Below are positions 24,000-32,558 of a stretch of DNA of 40,314 nt, in pieces. Numbering within the stretch: the stretch's first letter is position 1; every line of letters begins with the position of its first letter. Under the pieces are notes generated by a model. It was given only the letters and a program-made list of their open reading frames with translations. It ran no database searches and was not told where the DNA came from. The translations under genes were made by a program, and so were the position numbers. The DNA comes from Bacteroidota bacterium (lineage in GTDB: Bacteria; Bacteroidota; Bacteroidia; Bacteroidales; FEN-979), in contig JACNKI010000223.1 of assembly GCA_014382125.1 (NCBI GenBank), positions 1-40,314 on the forward strand, read 5' to 3'.

Positions 24000-24914
24000 A
24001 TGAGATTCGTGCTGTTGTTTGGATTTCTTTTTTACATCCTTCCCGGATTTTCGCAACTCTCACAGAATGAGCTGGTTGTCAGCGGGATAACCAAAGCTAA
24101 ACTGGGTGATTACGAAGCGGCTTTCACAGACTTTAATAAAGCGATCAGTCTGGATAGCACAGAGGTTGAGCCCTGGTACAACAGGGGGGTGGTGAAGAGC
24201 GAAATGGGGGATTATCATGGAGCTATCGAGGATTTCAATGTTGTGATTGCCATTTCACCAAACTATGCCGAACCCTGGTACAACCGGGGTGTCGCCAGAG
24301 ATTATCTGGAAGATCATGCAGGTGCAATCCTGGACTATTCTAAAGCGATCCTGATGAAACCTGATTATCCCGAGGCGTTTTTAAATCGTGGATTGGCGAA
24401 GTTTGATCTGGGGATTTACAGGGAGGCTATCCAGGACTTCAGCCGGGCTCTTCATTACCGGCCAGAGTTCGCCGAAGCTTATTACAACCGCGGACTTGCA
24501 CGCTTCAACCAGGGGCAGTTCTCGGAAGCGATCAGTGATTTTAATGAAGCAATTCGTCTCGATCCCACCCCGGCGGAATATTTCTCCAGTCGGGGAGCTA
24601 CCAAGGCTTCAAGAGGTGAATATGAAGAGGCGATCATCGACCTGAACGAAGCGATCTACAAGCGTCCGGATGATGTCAATCCCCGCCTGAATAAAGCCCT
24701 GGCGTTCATGTATCTGAAACAATATGCGAAGGCAGAAAAGGAGTACAGCGCAATCCTCGAAATTGATCCGACGATCGCTGAGGCGTTTGCCAACCGGGGG
24801 GTGACCAGGCAATATATGGATGATCTCGTGGGCGCTTGCGAAGATTGGGACATGGCTGCTACCCTGGGTTCAGAGAAAGCTCGTAATTATTTTCAGAAAT
24901 TTTGTGACAGGTAA
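24000..24914 (+). CDS. Secreted TPR-repeat protein, paralog of the preceding gene
   Basis: Signal peptide and about 7 TPR units (PWYNRGV..., AYYNRGLA...). C-terminus GACEDWDMAATLGSEKARNYFQKFCDR. Confidence 0.8.
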   Translation: MRFVLLFGFLFYILPGFSQLSQNELVVSGITKAKLGDYEAAFTDFNKAISLDSTEVEPWYNRGVVKSEMGDYHGAIEDFNVVIAISPNYAEPWYNRGVARDYLEDHAGAILDYSKAILMKPDYPEAFLNRGLAKFDLGIYREAIQDFSRALHYRPEFAEAYYNRGLARFNQGQFSEAISDFNEAIRLDPTPAEYFSSRGATKASRGEYEEAIIDLNEAIYKRPDDVNPRLNKALAFMYLKQYAKAEKEYSAILEIDPTIAEAFANRGVTRQYMDDLVGACEDWDMAATLGSEKARNYFQKFCDR

Positions 24915-24966
24915 GGTATAACCTTTTCCTTTTTTTCGGATTAAATGGAAAGAGAGGTCTGTTCGT

Positions 24967-27087
24967 GTGAATCCATGGAGGCCATATCCGTTGATCCGGC
25001 TATTGATCCCATTTTTGGGTGGGGTGATCTGTGCGTTGTTGGCTCCCCACTGGCTTACTCATCCCAATTATTCTGTCGGTATTCTGGGTCTCCTTTCAGC
25101 TACTGCTGTGGTTGCAATCGTTGCATTCAGGATCCCGTATAAATTTCGCTGGGTGACAGGTGTGTTGATTGGATTATCCCTGTTTTCTGCAGGTGTAACA
25201 ACTGTTATTTGTACCAAGCCACATCGTCCAACCAGCCATGAACCTGCATCTACCCGCCAACTCCTGGTAGCGGAAATCACAGAGCCTCCCCGCCAATCCA
25301 CCCGAACAATCAGGTTGATCGTCAAAACATTTCGCTTTGATTCAATCAGAAGATCCCTGACAGAGGATGGAAAGAAGCTCCTTTTCCTCCCGCGAACCGA
25401 TCAATCGTTATCATTGAGTTATGGCGATTGGATTGTATTTTCCGGTTGGCTCAATCCGATACGGGGAGCTTCCAATCCATATGCATTCGATCCTGCGGCC
25501 TATTATCACCGGAAAGGGGTATTCAGACAAGCCTGGGTTGATTCCACCCAGTGGGAACCTTCAGGGGGAAGGAAACGATACTCCATCCGCCGGTTTGCCT
25601 TTAGCCTTCGGAGTAAGCTGTTGAATATTTTGAGGGAAAATCAGCTTAAAGGGGACGAGTTTGCTGTGGCTTCAGCTCTTCTGCTTGGATATGTCAATGA
25701 GATTGACAAAGAGTTGCGAAAAGATTATGCATCCAGCGGGGCGATGCATATCCTGGCCGTATCAGGGATGCATGTCGGGATCATCTTTCTCTTCCTAGAG
25801 TTTTCTCTCTCATGGTTAAACAGACGAAAACAGGGGCCGGTGATCAAATCGATAGTGATGATCCTGGCGATCTGGGGGTATGCCCTGATCACCGGCCTCT
25901 CTCCATCCGTGTTCAGGGCAGCGGTCATGCTCAGTTTTGTGATTGCCGGCAGAACCACCAGGCGGAAACCGGAGAGCCTGAACGTAGTGGCTGCCGCGAT
26001 GTTTATTATGCTTATATCAGAACCCCGGCTGCTGCTGAATATCGGGTTCCAGTTCTCCTACCTGGCTGTGTTCGGGATCCTCTTTCTATACAGGCCATTG
26101 GTGAACCTGCTCCCGGTTTCCGCCTGGTTCCCGTCGAAAATCTGGGCTTTGGTATCTGTTTCCATAGCTGCCCAGCTGGCTACCTTCCCGCTGGCGCTCT
26201 ATGCATTTCACCAGTTTCCTAACTATTTCATCCTGACGAACATCCTGGTTGTTCCGTTGGCCAGCCTGATAATTTATACCGGTATTGGTGTACTTTCTGT
26301 GAGTGCTCTCCCCTGGCTTTCAATTTTGGTCGCAAAAGGATTATCCTTTCTGGTTTGGTTGCTTAATAGCGCGATCCGCTTTGTGGAGGGGTTGCCCGGC
26401 TCTACCACGACAGGCATCTACATCTCCGGTCTGGATGCATTGTTCTTCTATCTTTTTATCCTTTCCATCATGCTGCTTTTAACTTCTCGGAGGATTCGCT
26501 ACCTCTATCTTTGCCTTGTATTGTTGATCGGTTTCACCATCACATCCACCTTCCAGGAGTATCAGCGGCAAGATCGGGTTCAGATTGCCATCTTTCAAGT
26601 TAAGGGCTCTTCATTGTATGATTTTGCCTTGGGAGAGCGGGATGTGTGTGTAAAAGATATCCAGGCTGTCAAACAGGGAGTCTATGCAACGGAGGTCGTA
26701 AACAGATTCAGGGTGGCAGAAGGAATCGGGAATCAACGGACGACTTACCTGGCCGGGAAGTCGTTTGAGATCGAAGCTGATGAGAGGGATTTTGGATTTA
26801 TGGTCAGGAAAGGAAATTTCATTCAATTCCTGGATCGCCGGATTGGGATTATTTCAGAATCGATGCCCCCAGGATTCACCCATAAGTTGAAACTCGACCT
26901 GGTGATCCTGCGACGGAATCCGAAGATCACCATCCAGGAGATCATGAAGGTTTTCTCTCCTGACAAAATTGTGATCGACGCTTCCAACTCATGGTACAAT
27001 TCCAGAGATTGGAGGCAGCAGGCAGAAGAGGCCGGGATACCTTGTCATTCGGTAGTGGAGAAGGGAGCGAACTGGATAACTGGATAA
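24967..27087 (+). CDS. comEC: ComEC/Rec2-family DNA internalisation channel protein
   Basis: 706 aa with a GTG start. N-terminal OB-like region, polytopic competence domain (ASSGAMHILAVSGMHVG) and a C-terminal domain lacking HxHxDH. Confidence 0.85.
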   Translation: MNPWRPYPLIRLLIPFLGGVICALLAPHWLTHPNYSVGILGLLSATAVVAIVAFRIPYKFRWVTGVLIGLSLFSAGVTTVICTKPHRPTSHEPASTRQLLVAEITEPPRQSTRTIRLIVKTFRFDSIRRSLTEDGKKLLFLPRTDQSLSLSYGDWIVFSGWLNPIRGASNPYAFDPAAYYHRKGVFRQAWVDSTQWEPSGGRKRYSIRRFAFSLRSKLLNILRENQLKGDEFAVASALLLGYVNEIDKELRKDYASSGAMHILAVSGMHVGIIFLFLEFSLSWLNRRKQGPVIKSIVMILAIWGYALITGLSPSVFRAAVMLSFVIAGRTTRRKPESLNVVAAAMFIMLISEPRLLLNIGFQFSYLAVFGILFLYRPLVNLLPVSAWFPSKIWALVSVSIAAQLATFPLALYAFHQFPNYFILTNILVVPLASLIIYTGIGVLSVSALPWLSILVAKGLSFLVWLLNSAIRFVEGLPGSTTTGIYISGLDALFFYLFILSIMLLLTSRRIRYLYLCLVLLIGFTITSTFQEYQRQDRVQIAIFQVKGSSLYDFALGERDVCVKDIQAVKQGVYATEVVNRFRVAEGIGNQRTTYLAGKSFEIEADERDFGFMVRKGNFIQFLDRRIGIISESMPPGFTHKLKLDLVILRRNPKITIQEIMKVFSPDKIVIDASNSWYNSRDWRQQAEEAGIPCHSVVEKGANWITG
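27072..27087. repeat. 2 x CTGGATAA tandem unit forming the last codons and TAA stop of comEC
   Basis: Read directly. Same 8-mer as the array at 156-195. Confidence 0.8.
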
Positions 27088-27103
27088 TGGTTATATTTGT
27101 TTT

Positions 27104-28036
27104 ATGAGAACGGATTACGAAAAAAGAGGGCTGAAAATTGCCATGGCAGGGAGTTTCCTGCTTTCCTTAAGTGCTATCATCATGGCGCTTATAACAAAAT
27201 CCCAGGCTATCCTGCTCGACGGATTATACACCTTCGTGGCCCTGATTATGGCTTTCGTATCATTAAAGGTGGTAAACCTGGTAAAAACCCCGGAGACAAA
27301 GGAGAGGCCTTTTGGGTATATGGCATTTGAACCATTTCTGAACTTGATAAAAAGCCTGGTCATGTTGACGATTCTGGTTGTATTTTTAGTTACGAACATA
27401 CAGGAGCTAACCACCGGGGGCAGAATCATATCGCTGGACATGGCCACCCTCTATATTCTTATATGCCTGGTGATCTATGTCATTATCATCTTTCTGATCA
27501 AGCGATGCGAAAAAGAGACGGACTCAACCATTCTCAGTCTGGAAATTAAAATTTTGCGCATCGATGCATTGCTTACACTGGGAATTGCCGTTTCTCTTAT
27601 AGCTGCCATGATTATGGTCAAATTGGGCTACACGCAGATCTTGCCCTATGTTGACCCGGTCATTGTAATTATCCTGATCGGTGTATCTCTGCCTATACCC
27701 ATAAACGTATTCCTGACAGAATTTAAACGACTGCTGTTGATTTCCAGTGAAAACGATATCGAAAAGGAGGTCAACGATCAAATACAACCGGAAATACAGG
27801 AATATGGTTTGACAAATATTCATGTGTGGTCGCTTAAAAGCGGAAGAACACATTACATTTTCCTCTATTTAGACTTGAAAGAAAAGCAGGTAACAATTGA
27901 GCATCTCGACAAAATCAGGAGGGCAATATTTAGTAAGTTGTCGAAACTCTACCCTGATTTCTGGGCTGATATTATATTCACTAAGATAAACCCGGAAGAA
28001 CCTATCGCATCTATCAACGAACCATTAAATAAATGA
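27104..28036 (+). CDS. Cation diffusion facilitator (CDF) family transporter
   Basis: 310 aa with six hydrophobic segments. SQAILLDGLYTF motif in TM2 and a C-terminal cytoplasmic domain. Confidence 0.8.
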   Translation: MRTDYEKRGLKIAMAGSFLLSLSAIIMALITKSQAILLDGLYTFVALIMAFVSLKVVNLVKTPETKERPFGYMAFEPFLNLIKSLVMLTILVVFLVTNIQELTTGGRIISLDMATLYILICLVIYVIIIFLIKRCEKETDSTILSLEIKILRIDALLTLGIAVSLIAAMIMVKLGYTQILPYVDPVIVIILIGVSLPIPINVFLTEFKRLLLISSENDIEKEVNDQIQPEIQEYGLTNIHVWSLKSGRTHYIFLYLDLKEKQVTIEHLDKIRRAIFSKLSKLYPDFWADIIFTKINPEEPIASINEPLNK

Positions 28037-28064
28037 AAGAAAAAGCCCCAGCATGTGGGGCTTT
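28033..28064 (-). terminator. Intrinsic terminator for tRNA-Asp (9-bp stem AAAGCCCCA/TGGGGCTTT, 5-nt loop, then a TTTTTCTTT tract on the minus strand)
   Basis: Read directly. The U-tract overlaps the stop codon of the convergent CDF gene. Confidence 0.7.
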
Positions 28065-28066
28065 GA

Positions 28067-28143
28067 TGGCGGTCTGGACGAGACTCGAACTCGCGACCTC
28101 CGGCGTGACAGGCCGGCATTCTAACCAACTGAACTACCAGACC
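28067..28143 (-). tRNA. tRNA-Asp (anticodon GTC), CCA encoded
   Basis: Reverse complement is GGTCTGGTAGTTCAGTTGGTTAGAATGCCGGCCTGTCACGCCGGAGGTCGCGAGTTCGAGTCTCGTCCAGACCGCCA. Confidence 0.93.
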
Positions 28144-28156
28144 GTTTTTGGAGGTG

Positions 28157-28187
28157 CAAAGTTAAATCTTTTTTGTTATTTTGCAAT
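28157..28187 (-). promoter_or_regulatory. Promoter for tRNA-Asp (-7 TAACTTTG, -33 ATTG, 19-nt spacer)
   Basis: On the minus strand, ATTG-N19-TAACTTTG lies 13 nt upstream of the mature tRNA 5' end. Confidence 0.5.
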
Positions 28188-28198
28188 AAAGTTGGTCT

Positions 28199-28675
28199 AT
28201 GGATGTCCTTCTAATCGTCATCGGAGCTATTCTGTTGGTTCTTGGTATAGTCGGGAGTTTTGTGCCCGTATTACCAGGACCACCACTCTCTTACCTTTCA
28301 CTGCTCTTGCTGCAATTCACGTCCTATCACCCATTTACTGCCCGTTTTCTGGTGATCTGGGCAATAGTTGCGGCTGCTATTGTCATACTCGATTATGTGA
28401 TTCCCGTTTATGGGACGAAAGTATTTGGGGGGTCTAAAAAAGGACAATGGGGTGCACTTATAGGCGTATTCTTCGGTATTTTCTTCTTTCCACCGATTGG
28501 GATAATTGTAGGCCCTTTTCTGGGCGCACTGGTAGGGGAGATGCTAGCCGGAAAGCAATCAGGTGAAGCGTTCAAAGCTGCTTTCGGCTCTTTTCTTGGA
28601 TTTCTGGCCGGAACGTTTATGAAACTGGCTGTTTCACTTATCTTCGTCTACTACTTTATTAGCGCCTTGGTGTAA
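28199..28675 (+). CDS. DUF456-family small membrane protein
   Basis: 158 aa with four hydrophobic segments and Gly-rich helices (GSFVPVLPGPPLSY..., GPFLGALVGE). Confidence 0.65.
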   Translation: MDVLLIVIGAILLVLGIVGSFVPVLPGPPLSYLSLLLLQFTSYHPFTARFLVIWAIVAAAIVILDYVIPVYGTKVFGGSKKGQWGALIGVFFGIFFFPPIGIIVGPFLGALVGEMLAGKQSGEAFKAAFGSFLGFLAGTFMKLAVSLIFVYYFISALV

Positions 28676-28686
28676 AACAGATACAT

Positions 28687-30228
28687 CTATTTTGCGAAGC
28701 TGATCGACCGTGTTTCACGGATGACAGTAACCTTGATCTGACCAGGATATGTCATCTCGGTTTGGATCTTCTTCGAGAGATCCAATGAGATCTGATTGGC
28801 TTCTGCATCTGAGACCTTATCTGCACCTACGATCACGCGTAATTCACGACCCGCTTGTATGGCGTATGTCTTCACCACACCTGGATAGCCAAGTGCCAGT
28901 TCTTCCAGATGATTCAGGCGTTCGATGTATGCGTCAACCACTTCCCGGCGGGCTCCGGGTCTGGCACCGGAGATGGCATCGCAAACCTGGATGATAGGGG
29001 AGATCAGGTTGTCCATCTCCACTTCGTCATGGTGGGCTCCAATGGCGTTCATGATTTCTGGTTTCTCTTTGAACTTCTCTGCCAGATTCATCCCCAGCAC
29101 AGCATGAGGCAGTTCCGGCTCGTTATCCGGCACCTTCCCGATATCATGTAGCAGTCCGGCACGTTTCGCTTTTTTCGGATTCAGTCCCAGCTCGGCAGCC
29201 ATTGTAGCGCTGAGATTAGCTACTTCGATGGAGTGCTGCAGCAGGTTCTGGCCGTATGATGACCGATACTTCATTTTTCCGATCATCCGGATGAGTTCAT
29301 GGTGCAGGTTGTGAATGCCGAGATCGATACAAATTCTCTTTCCGGTTTCGATCACCTCCTGCTCAATCTGCTTACGGGTTTTGGCTACAACCTCTTCAAT
29401 TCGTGCCGGGTGAATCCGGCCATCGGTAACAAGCTTGTGAAGCGATTGACGGGCGATCTCCCGGCGTACCGGGTCAAACCCGGAAAGGATAATGGCATCC
29501 GGTGAATCGTCAATGATGATCTCAATACCGGTGAGTGACTCAAGGGTGCGAATATTCCGGCCCTCACGGCCAATGATACGCCCTTTGATCTCTTCATTAT
29601 CGATATTAAATACCGAAACAGTGTTCTCTATGGCATGTTCACTGGCTGTTCGCTGGATAGTTTCGATAATGACTTTCTTCGCTTCTGTATTAGCGGTTAG
29701 CCTGGCTTCATCCACGATCTCTTTGATTTGCATGAGCGCTTCCGCCTTAGCCTCCTCCTTCAGCGTTTCTATCAGCTGCTCTCTGGCTTCGGCCGCTGAA
29801 AGGGTTGCAATGGTTTCAAGTTTGTCTATCTGCTGTTTGATAGTCGCATCAAGATCACCCTGTTTCTTGTTCACAATCTCGAGTTGGTTGTTGAGGTTTT
29901 GCTTGATCGTAGAGACCTCCTTCTGTTTCTTGGAGAATTCTTCTATTCGTTGATTCAGCGCCGACTCTTTCTGTTTAAACCGGTTCTCACTATTTCCCAG
30001 CTCACTATTCTTTTCGTTGATATATTTTTCGTGTTCTGCTTTCAGCTGGAGGAATTTTTCTTTGGCCTGAAGGATCTTCTCTTTCTTGATTACTTCAGCT
30101 TTGCCCATGGCCTCTTTGAGTAGTGCATCCCGCTTTCTTTCCAGTGTTCTGTTCAGGACCGTACCCGTTATCAGTCCACCGATGATGATACCAACCACGC
30201 CCACGATGATGTATAGCATTATTTCCAT
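28687..30228 (-). CDS. rny: Ribonuclease Y
   Basis: 513 aa with an N-terminal TM helix, a coiled coil, a KH domain ([12 protein letters not shown]) and an HD domain (HSIEVA...LLHDIGK). Confidence 0.95.
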   Translation of the reverse strand: MEIMLYIIVGVVGIIIGGLITGTVLNRTLERKRDALLKEAMGKAEVIKKEKILQAKEKFLQLKAEHEKYINEKNSELGNSENRFKQKESALNQRIEEFSKKQKEVSTIKQNLNNQLEIVNKKQGDLDATIKQQIDKLETIATLSAAEAREQLIETLKEEAKAEALMQIKEIVDEARLTANTEAKKVIIETIQRTASEHAIENTVSVFNIDNEEIKGRIIGREGRNIRTLESLTGIEIIIDDSPDAIILSGFDPVRREIARQSLHKLVTDGRIHPARIEEVVAKTRKQIEQEVIETGKRICIDLGIHNLHHELIRMIGKMKYRSSYGQNLLQHSIEVANLSATMAAELGLNPKKAKRAGLLHDIGKVPDNEPELPHAVLGMNLAEKFKEKPEIMNAIGAHHDEVEMDNLISPIIQVCDAISGARPGARREVVDAYIERLNHLEELALGYPGVVKTYAIQAGRELRVIVGADKVSDAEANQISLDLSKKIQTEMTYPGQIKVTVIRETRSISFAK

Positions 30229-30269
30229 CTGTTCAGGTTTTTATAGTTTATGACTGTAGAGGGAGGTTG

Positions 30270-30508
30270 AAAAAAAACCCGCACTAATCCATGAGGTATT
30301 GATAAACCTCAAATCGACATGAATAGGGCCGCCAGTCATTTCGAACGTCCACCGTCCCGGCGTACCGGAATCCTCTCTGTAAGGGATGATCCCGGCGAGC
30401 CGGAATCTTCCCTTGGCAGAGAGTAAAAGAGGCCTGTCCTACATGCCTTTGAGCTTTGCCCTAATATTTGTAATGTTAGGTTTACAAACTGCTAGAATTA
30501 ATGCGGGT
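30270..30508 (-). ncRNA. Candidate structured RNA in the zapA-rny spacer (6S/ssrS-like, or an rny leader)
   Basis: A 14-bp long-range helix (30508-30495 with 30290-30277) is followed directly by U8 (30277-30270). Internal extended hairpin at 30423-30373. Second hairpin at 30370-30355. Same orientation as, and immediately downstream of, zapA. Confidence 0.4.
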
Positions 30509-30540
30509 AAATCGTTGATTTTTTCAAAGAACGAAAAGGC

Positions 30541-30831
30541 TTATCCTGCCAGGTATTCCGTTAATAATTCATCGATTTTGGCCAGTTTCTCCTCATTGTC
30601 TTTTCCATGTTCTGATAACACATGTTCATCCTGTAAAAAGTTGGTTGCATATTCTAAAGCCACCATGGCCAATAAATCCTGTTTATCCTTGTACGCATAG
30701 CTTCCCGAGTAATCCTTCATCCTTCTCTCAATTAATCCTGCTGCCTGTTTGAACAATGTTTCATGTTCCCTTTCGATCACCAGTTTATATGGTCTGTCTG
30801 CTATTGTAACAGAAATTGTTAACTCACCCAT
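30541..30831 (-). CDS. zapA: Cell division protein ZapA
   Basis: 96-aa ORF, ISVTIADRPYKLVIEREHETLFKQAAGLIERRM..., typical ZapA. Confidence 0.85.
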   Translation of the reverse strand: MGELTISVTIADRPYKLVIEREHETLFKQAAGLIERRMKDYSGSYAYKDKQDLLAMVALEYATNFLQDEHVLSEHGKDNEEKLAKIDELLTEYLAG

Positions 30832-30850
30832 CAGCTACGTGTCACTATAT

Positions 30851-31138
30851 TCACCTGTTCAAGAGCCCTATACAATTATCGATTTCCCGCAAAAGCTCAT
30901 TAATTTTTGCCCTCGCTTCAACCGTCCCTTCCTTTATTTCTAATGTTTTGGTTGTTTTTAGAATCTTTACTTTTTGTTCTAAATCTTTGATGGTTTGGTT
31001 TAGTTCTTCTTTATTTTGGTTTAGTTCATGAATCTCTTTTGTTTGTTTCTCAGTCTCTCCCTGCAAGGCTTGCAGACGTTCAATCAGTCTATGTATCTTA
31101 TAATCTATACCAGAAACTAGGGTTTCAACATCTGCCAT
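30851..31138 (-). CDS. Small coiled-coil protein (ZapB-like), first gene of the zapA-rny operon
   Basis: Heptad-rich sequence (LQALQGETEKQTKEIHELNQNKEELNQTIKDLEQKVKILK). ATG 31138 is preferred because the track start 31168 overlaps the -7 promoter box. Confidence 0.6.
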   Translation of the reverse strand: MADVETLVSGIDYKIHRLIERLQALQGETEKQTKEIHELNQNKEELNQTIKDLEQKVKILKTTKTLEIKEGTVEARAKINELLREIDNCIGLLNR

Positions 31139-31165
31139 AATAAGTTTTTCCCTGCGTTGGTAATG

Positions 31166-31197
31166 CAAATATAATTATTCGAATCCCGACATGCAAG
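31166..31197 (-). promoter_or_regulatory. Promoter of the coiled-coil/zapA/rny operon (-7 TATATTTG, -33 CTTG, 20-nt spacer)
   Basis: Minus strand reads CTTG-N20-TATATTTG, about 28 nt upstream of ATG 31138. Confidence 0.5.
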
Positions 31198-31286
31198 GGA
31201 ACATCCCTTATTTTTTTTTTAATCAAACATATAACCTTTTGATGGATAAACGGATTAATGGGTGTAAATCAAAACCTATATGAATT

Positions 31287-32558
31287 ATGACTGAGGAGTT
31301 TCTGCACTATTTATGGCGGTTCCGGTTATTTCATCCTGAGTTGAAGACAGTTGCGGGCGAGAACCTGACTGTCATTCACCCCGGAGAGCACAACAGGGAT
31401 GGTGGCCCTGATTTTTTCAATGCCCGTCTTCAGATCGGAAATACCATCTGGGCAGGTAATGTGGAGATCCATCTGCAGGCCTCTGACTGGTACAAGCATC
31501 ACCACGAAGTGGATCACGCATATAAAAACGTGATTCTGCATGTAGTAGATTCATTTGATGTGGATGTTTTTACTGAAGGATCCAAGCCGATTCCTGTCGT
31601 GGAGGTGAAGTATCAATATCGGGAAAGCCTGCTTTCCCGATACCGGAATCTTCAGGGAACTAAACTATGGATTCCCTGCCGGAATATTATGGAGGTAGCA
31701 GATGTTGGAGAGTTTGTGTTGTGGGCTCCGGCCCTTGCTGTTGAACGACTGCTGGAACGGAGTGCATCCGTCAGGCAGTTACTGCACTACTCCAAAAATG
31801 ACTGGGAAGGGGTGTTTTTTCAACTCCTGGCAACTGCGTTTGGCTTAAAAGTGAATGCACATGCATTTGAACTCCTGGCGAAAAGTTTGCCGTTGAAGTT
31901 GCTGTTAAGACATCGCACAAATTTCTTTATTTTGGAAGCACTCTTATTTGGGCAGGCAGGACTTTTGGAGGATCAATTGAGGGAAACATATCCACAACAA
32001 CTTCTCCAGACATACCGGTTTTACCAGAATAAGTATAACCTGGAATCTTTGCAGAAAGGGATATGGAAATTCCTTCGCATGCGGCCAGGAAATTTTCCGA
32101 CAATACGTATCAGCCAACTGGCTGCAATGATCCATGGCGATAGTAATCTTTTTGACGGCGAATTGATCAGCAGGTCCCTCTCCGATTGGATGCAAGGGAT
32201 TCAGGCAACTGCGAGCAGCTATTGGGACACCCACTATACGTTCGATAAGATTTCGGTAAAGCAGGCGAAAAACCTGGGAGAGGGATCCGCATACCTGGTG
32301 GTCATCAATGCCGTAACCCCTTTCCTGTTCGTATATGGCCGGGAGAAAAACCTGCCTTTGTATCTGGAACATGCGGTGACACTATTGGAAGAGATACCAG
32401 GTGAAAAAAGCTCCCTGGTCACAAACTGGAAAGAGATTGGGATGCCGACAGAAAATGCACTGTATACACAGGCATTGAAACAGTTGAAAAGTGCCTATTG
32501 CGAAAAGAAGAGATGCCTGGAATGTAGAATTGGAGCTCGTTTATTACGTGGGACGTGA
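31287..32558 (+). CDS. DUF2851-family protein
   Basis: 423 aa. The N-terminus EEFLHYLWRFRLF...GEHNRDGGPDF..A...I....W.G.VEIH matches my recollection of DUF2851. C-terminal CxxC. Confidence 0.7.
   Translation: MTEEFLHYLWRFRLFHPELKTVAGENLTVIHPGEHNRDGGPDFFNARLQIGNTIWAGNVEIHLQASDWYKHHHEVDHAYKNVILHVVDSFDVDVFTEGSKPIPVVEVKYQYRESLLSRYRNLQGTKLWIPCRNIMEVADVGEFVLWAPALAVERLLERSASVRQLLHYSKNDWEGVFFQLLATAFGLKVNAHAFELLAKSLPLKLLLRHRTNFFILEALLFGQAGLLEDQLRETYPQQLLQTYRFYQNKYNLESLQKGIWKFLRMRPGNFPTIRISQLAAMIHGDSNLFDGELISRSLSDWMQGIQATASSYWDTHYTFDKISVKQAKNLGEGSAYLVVINAVTPFLFVYGREKNLPLYLEHAVTLLEEIPGEKSSLVTNWKEIGMPTENALYTQALKQLKSAYCEKKRCLECRIGARLLRGT

Noticed and set aside
28033-28437. 134-aa + strand ORF
   Set aside because: It runs through the tRNA-Asp gene and its promoter, and out of frame into the DUF456 CDS, which has the convincing membrane-protein sequence.
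30429-30463. Resemblance of UAGGGCAAAGCUCAAAGGCAUGUAGGACAGGCCUC to the 5' half of a c-di-GMP-I (GEMM) riboswitch
   Set aside because: Only the GGGCAAA and GGAC..GCCUC fragments match. The P1 hairpin with its tetraloop and the second hairpin with its receptor are not reproducible, and the gene context (rny) does not fit.
30386-30700. 104-aa + strand ORF across the zapA-rny spacer
   Set aside because: It lies antisense to zapA and to the structured element. The sequence is hydrophobic and low-complexity, with no start context or homology.
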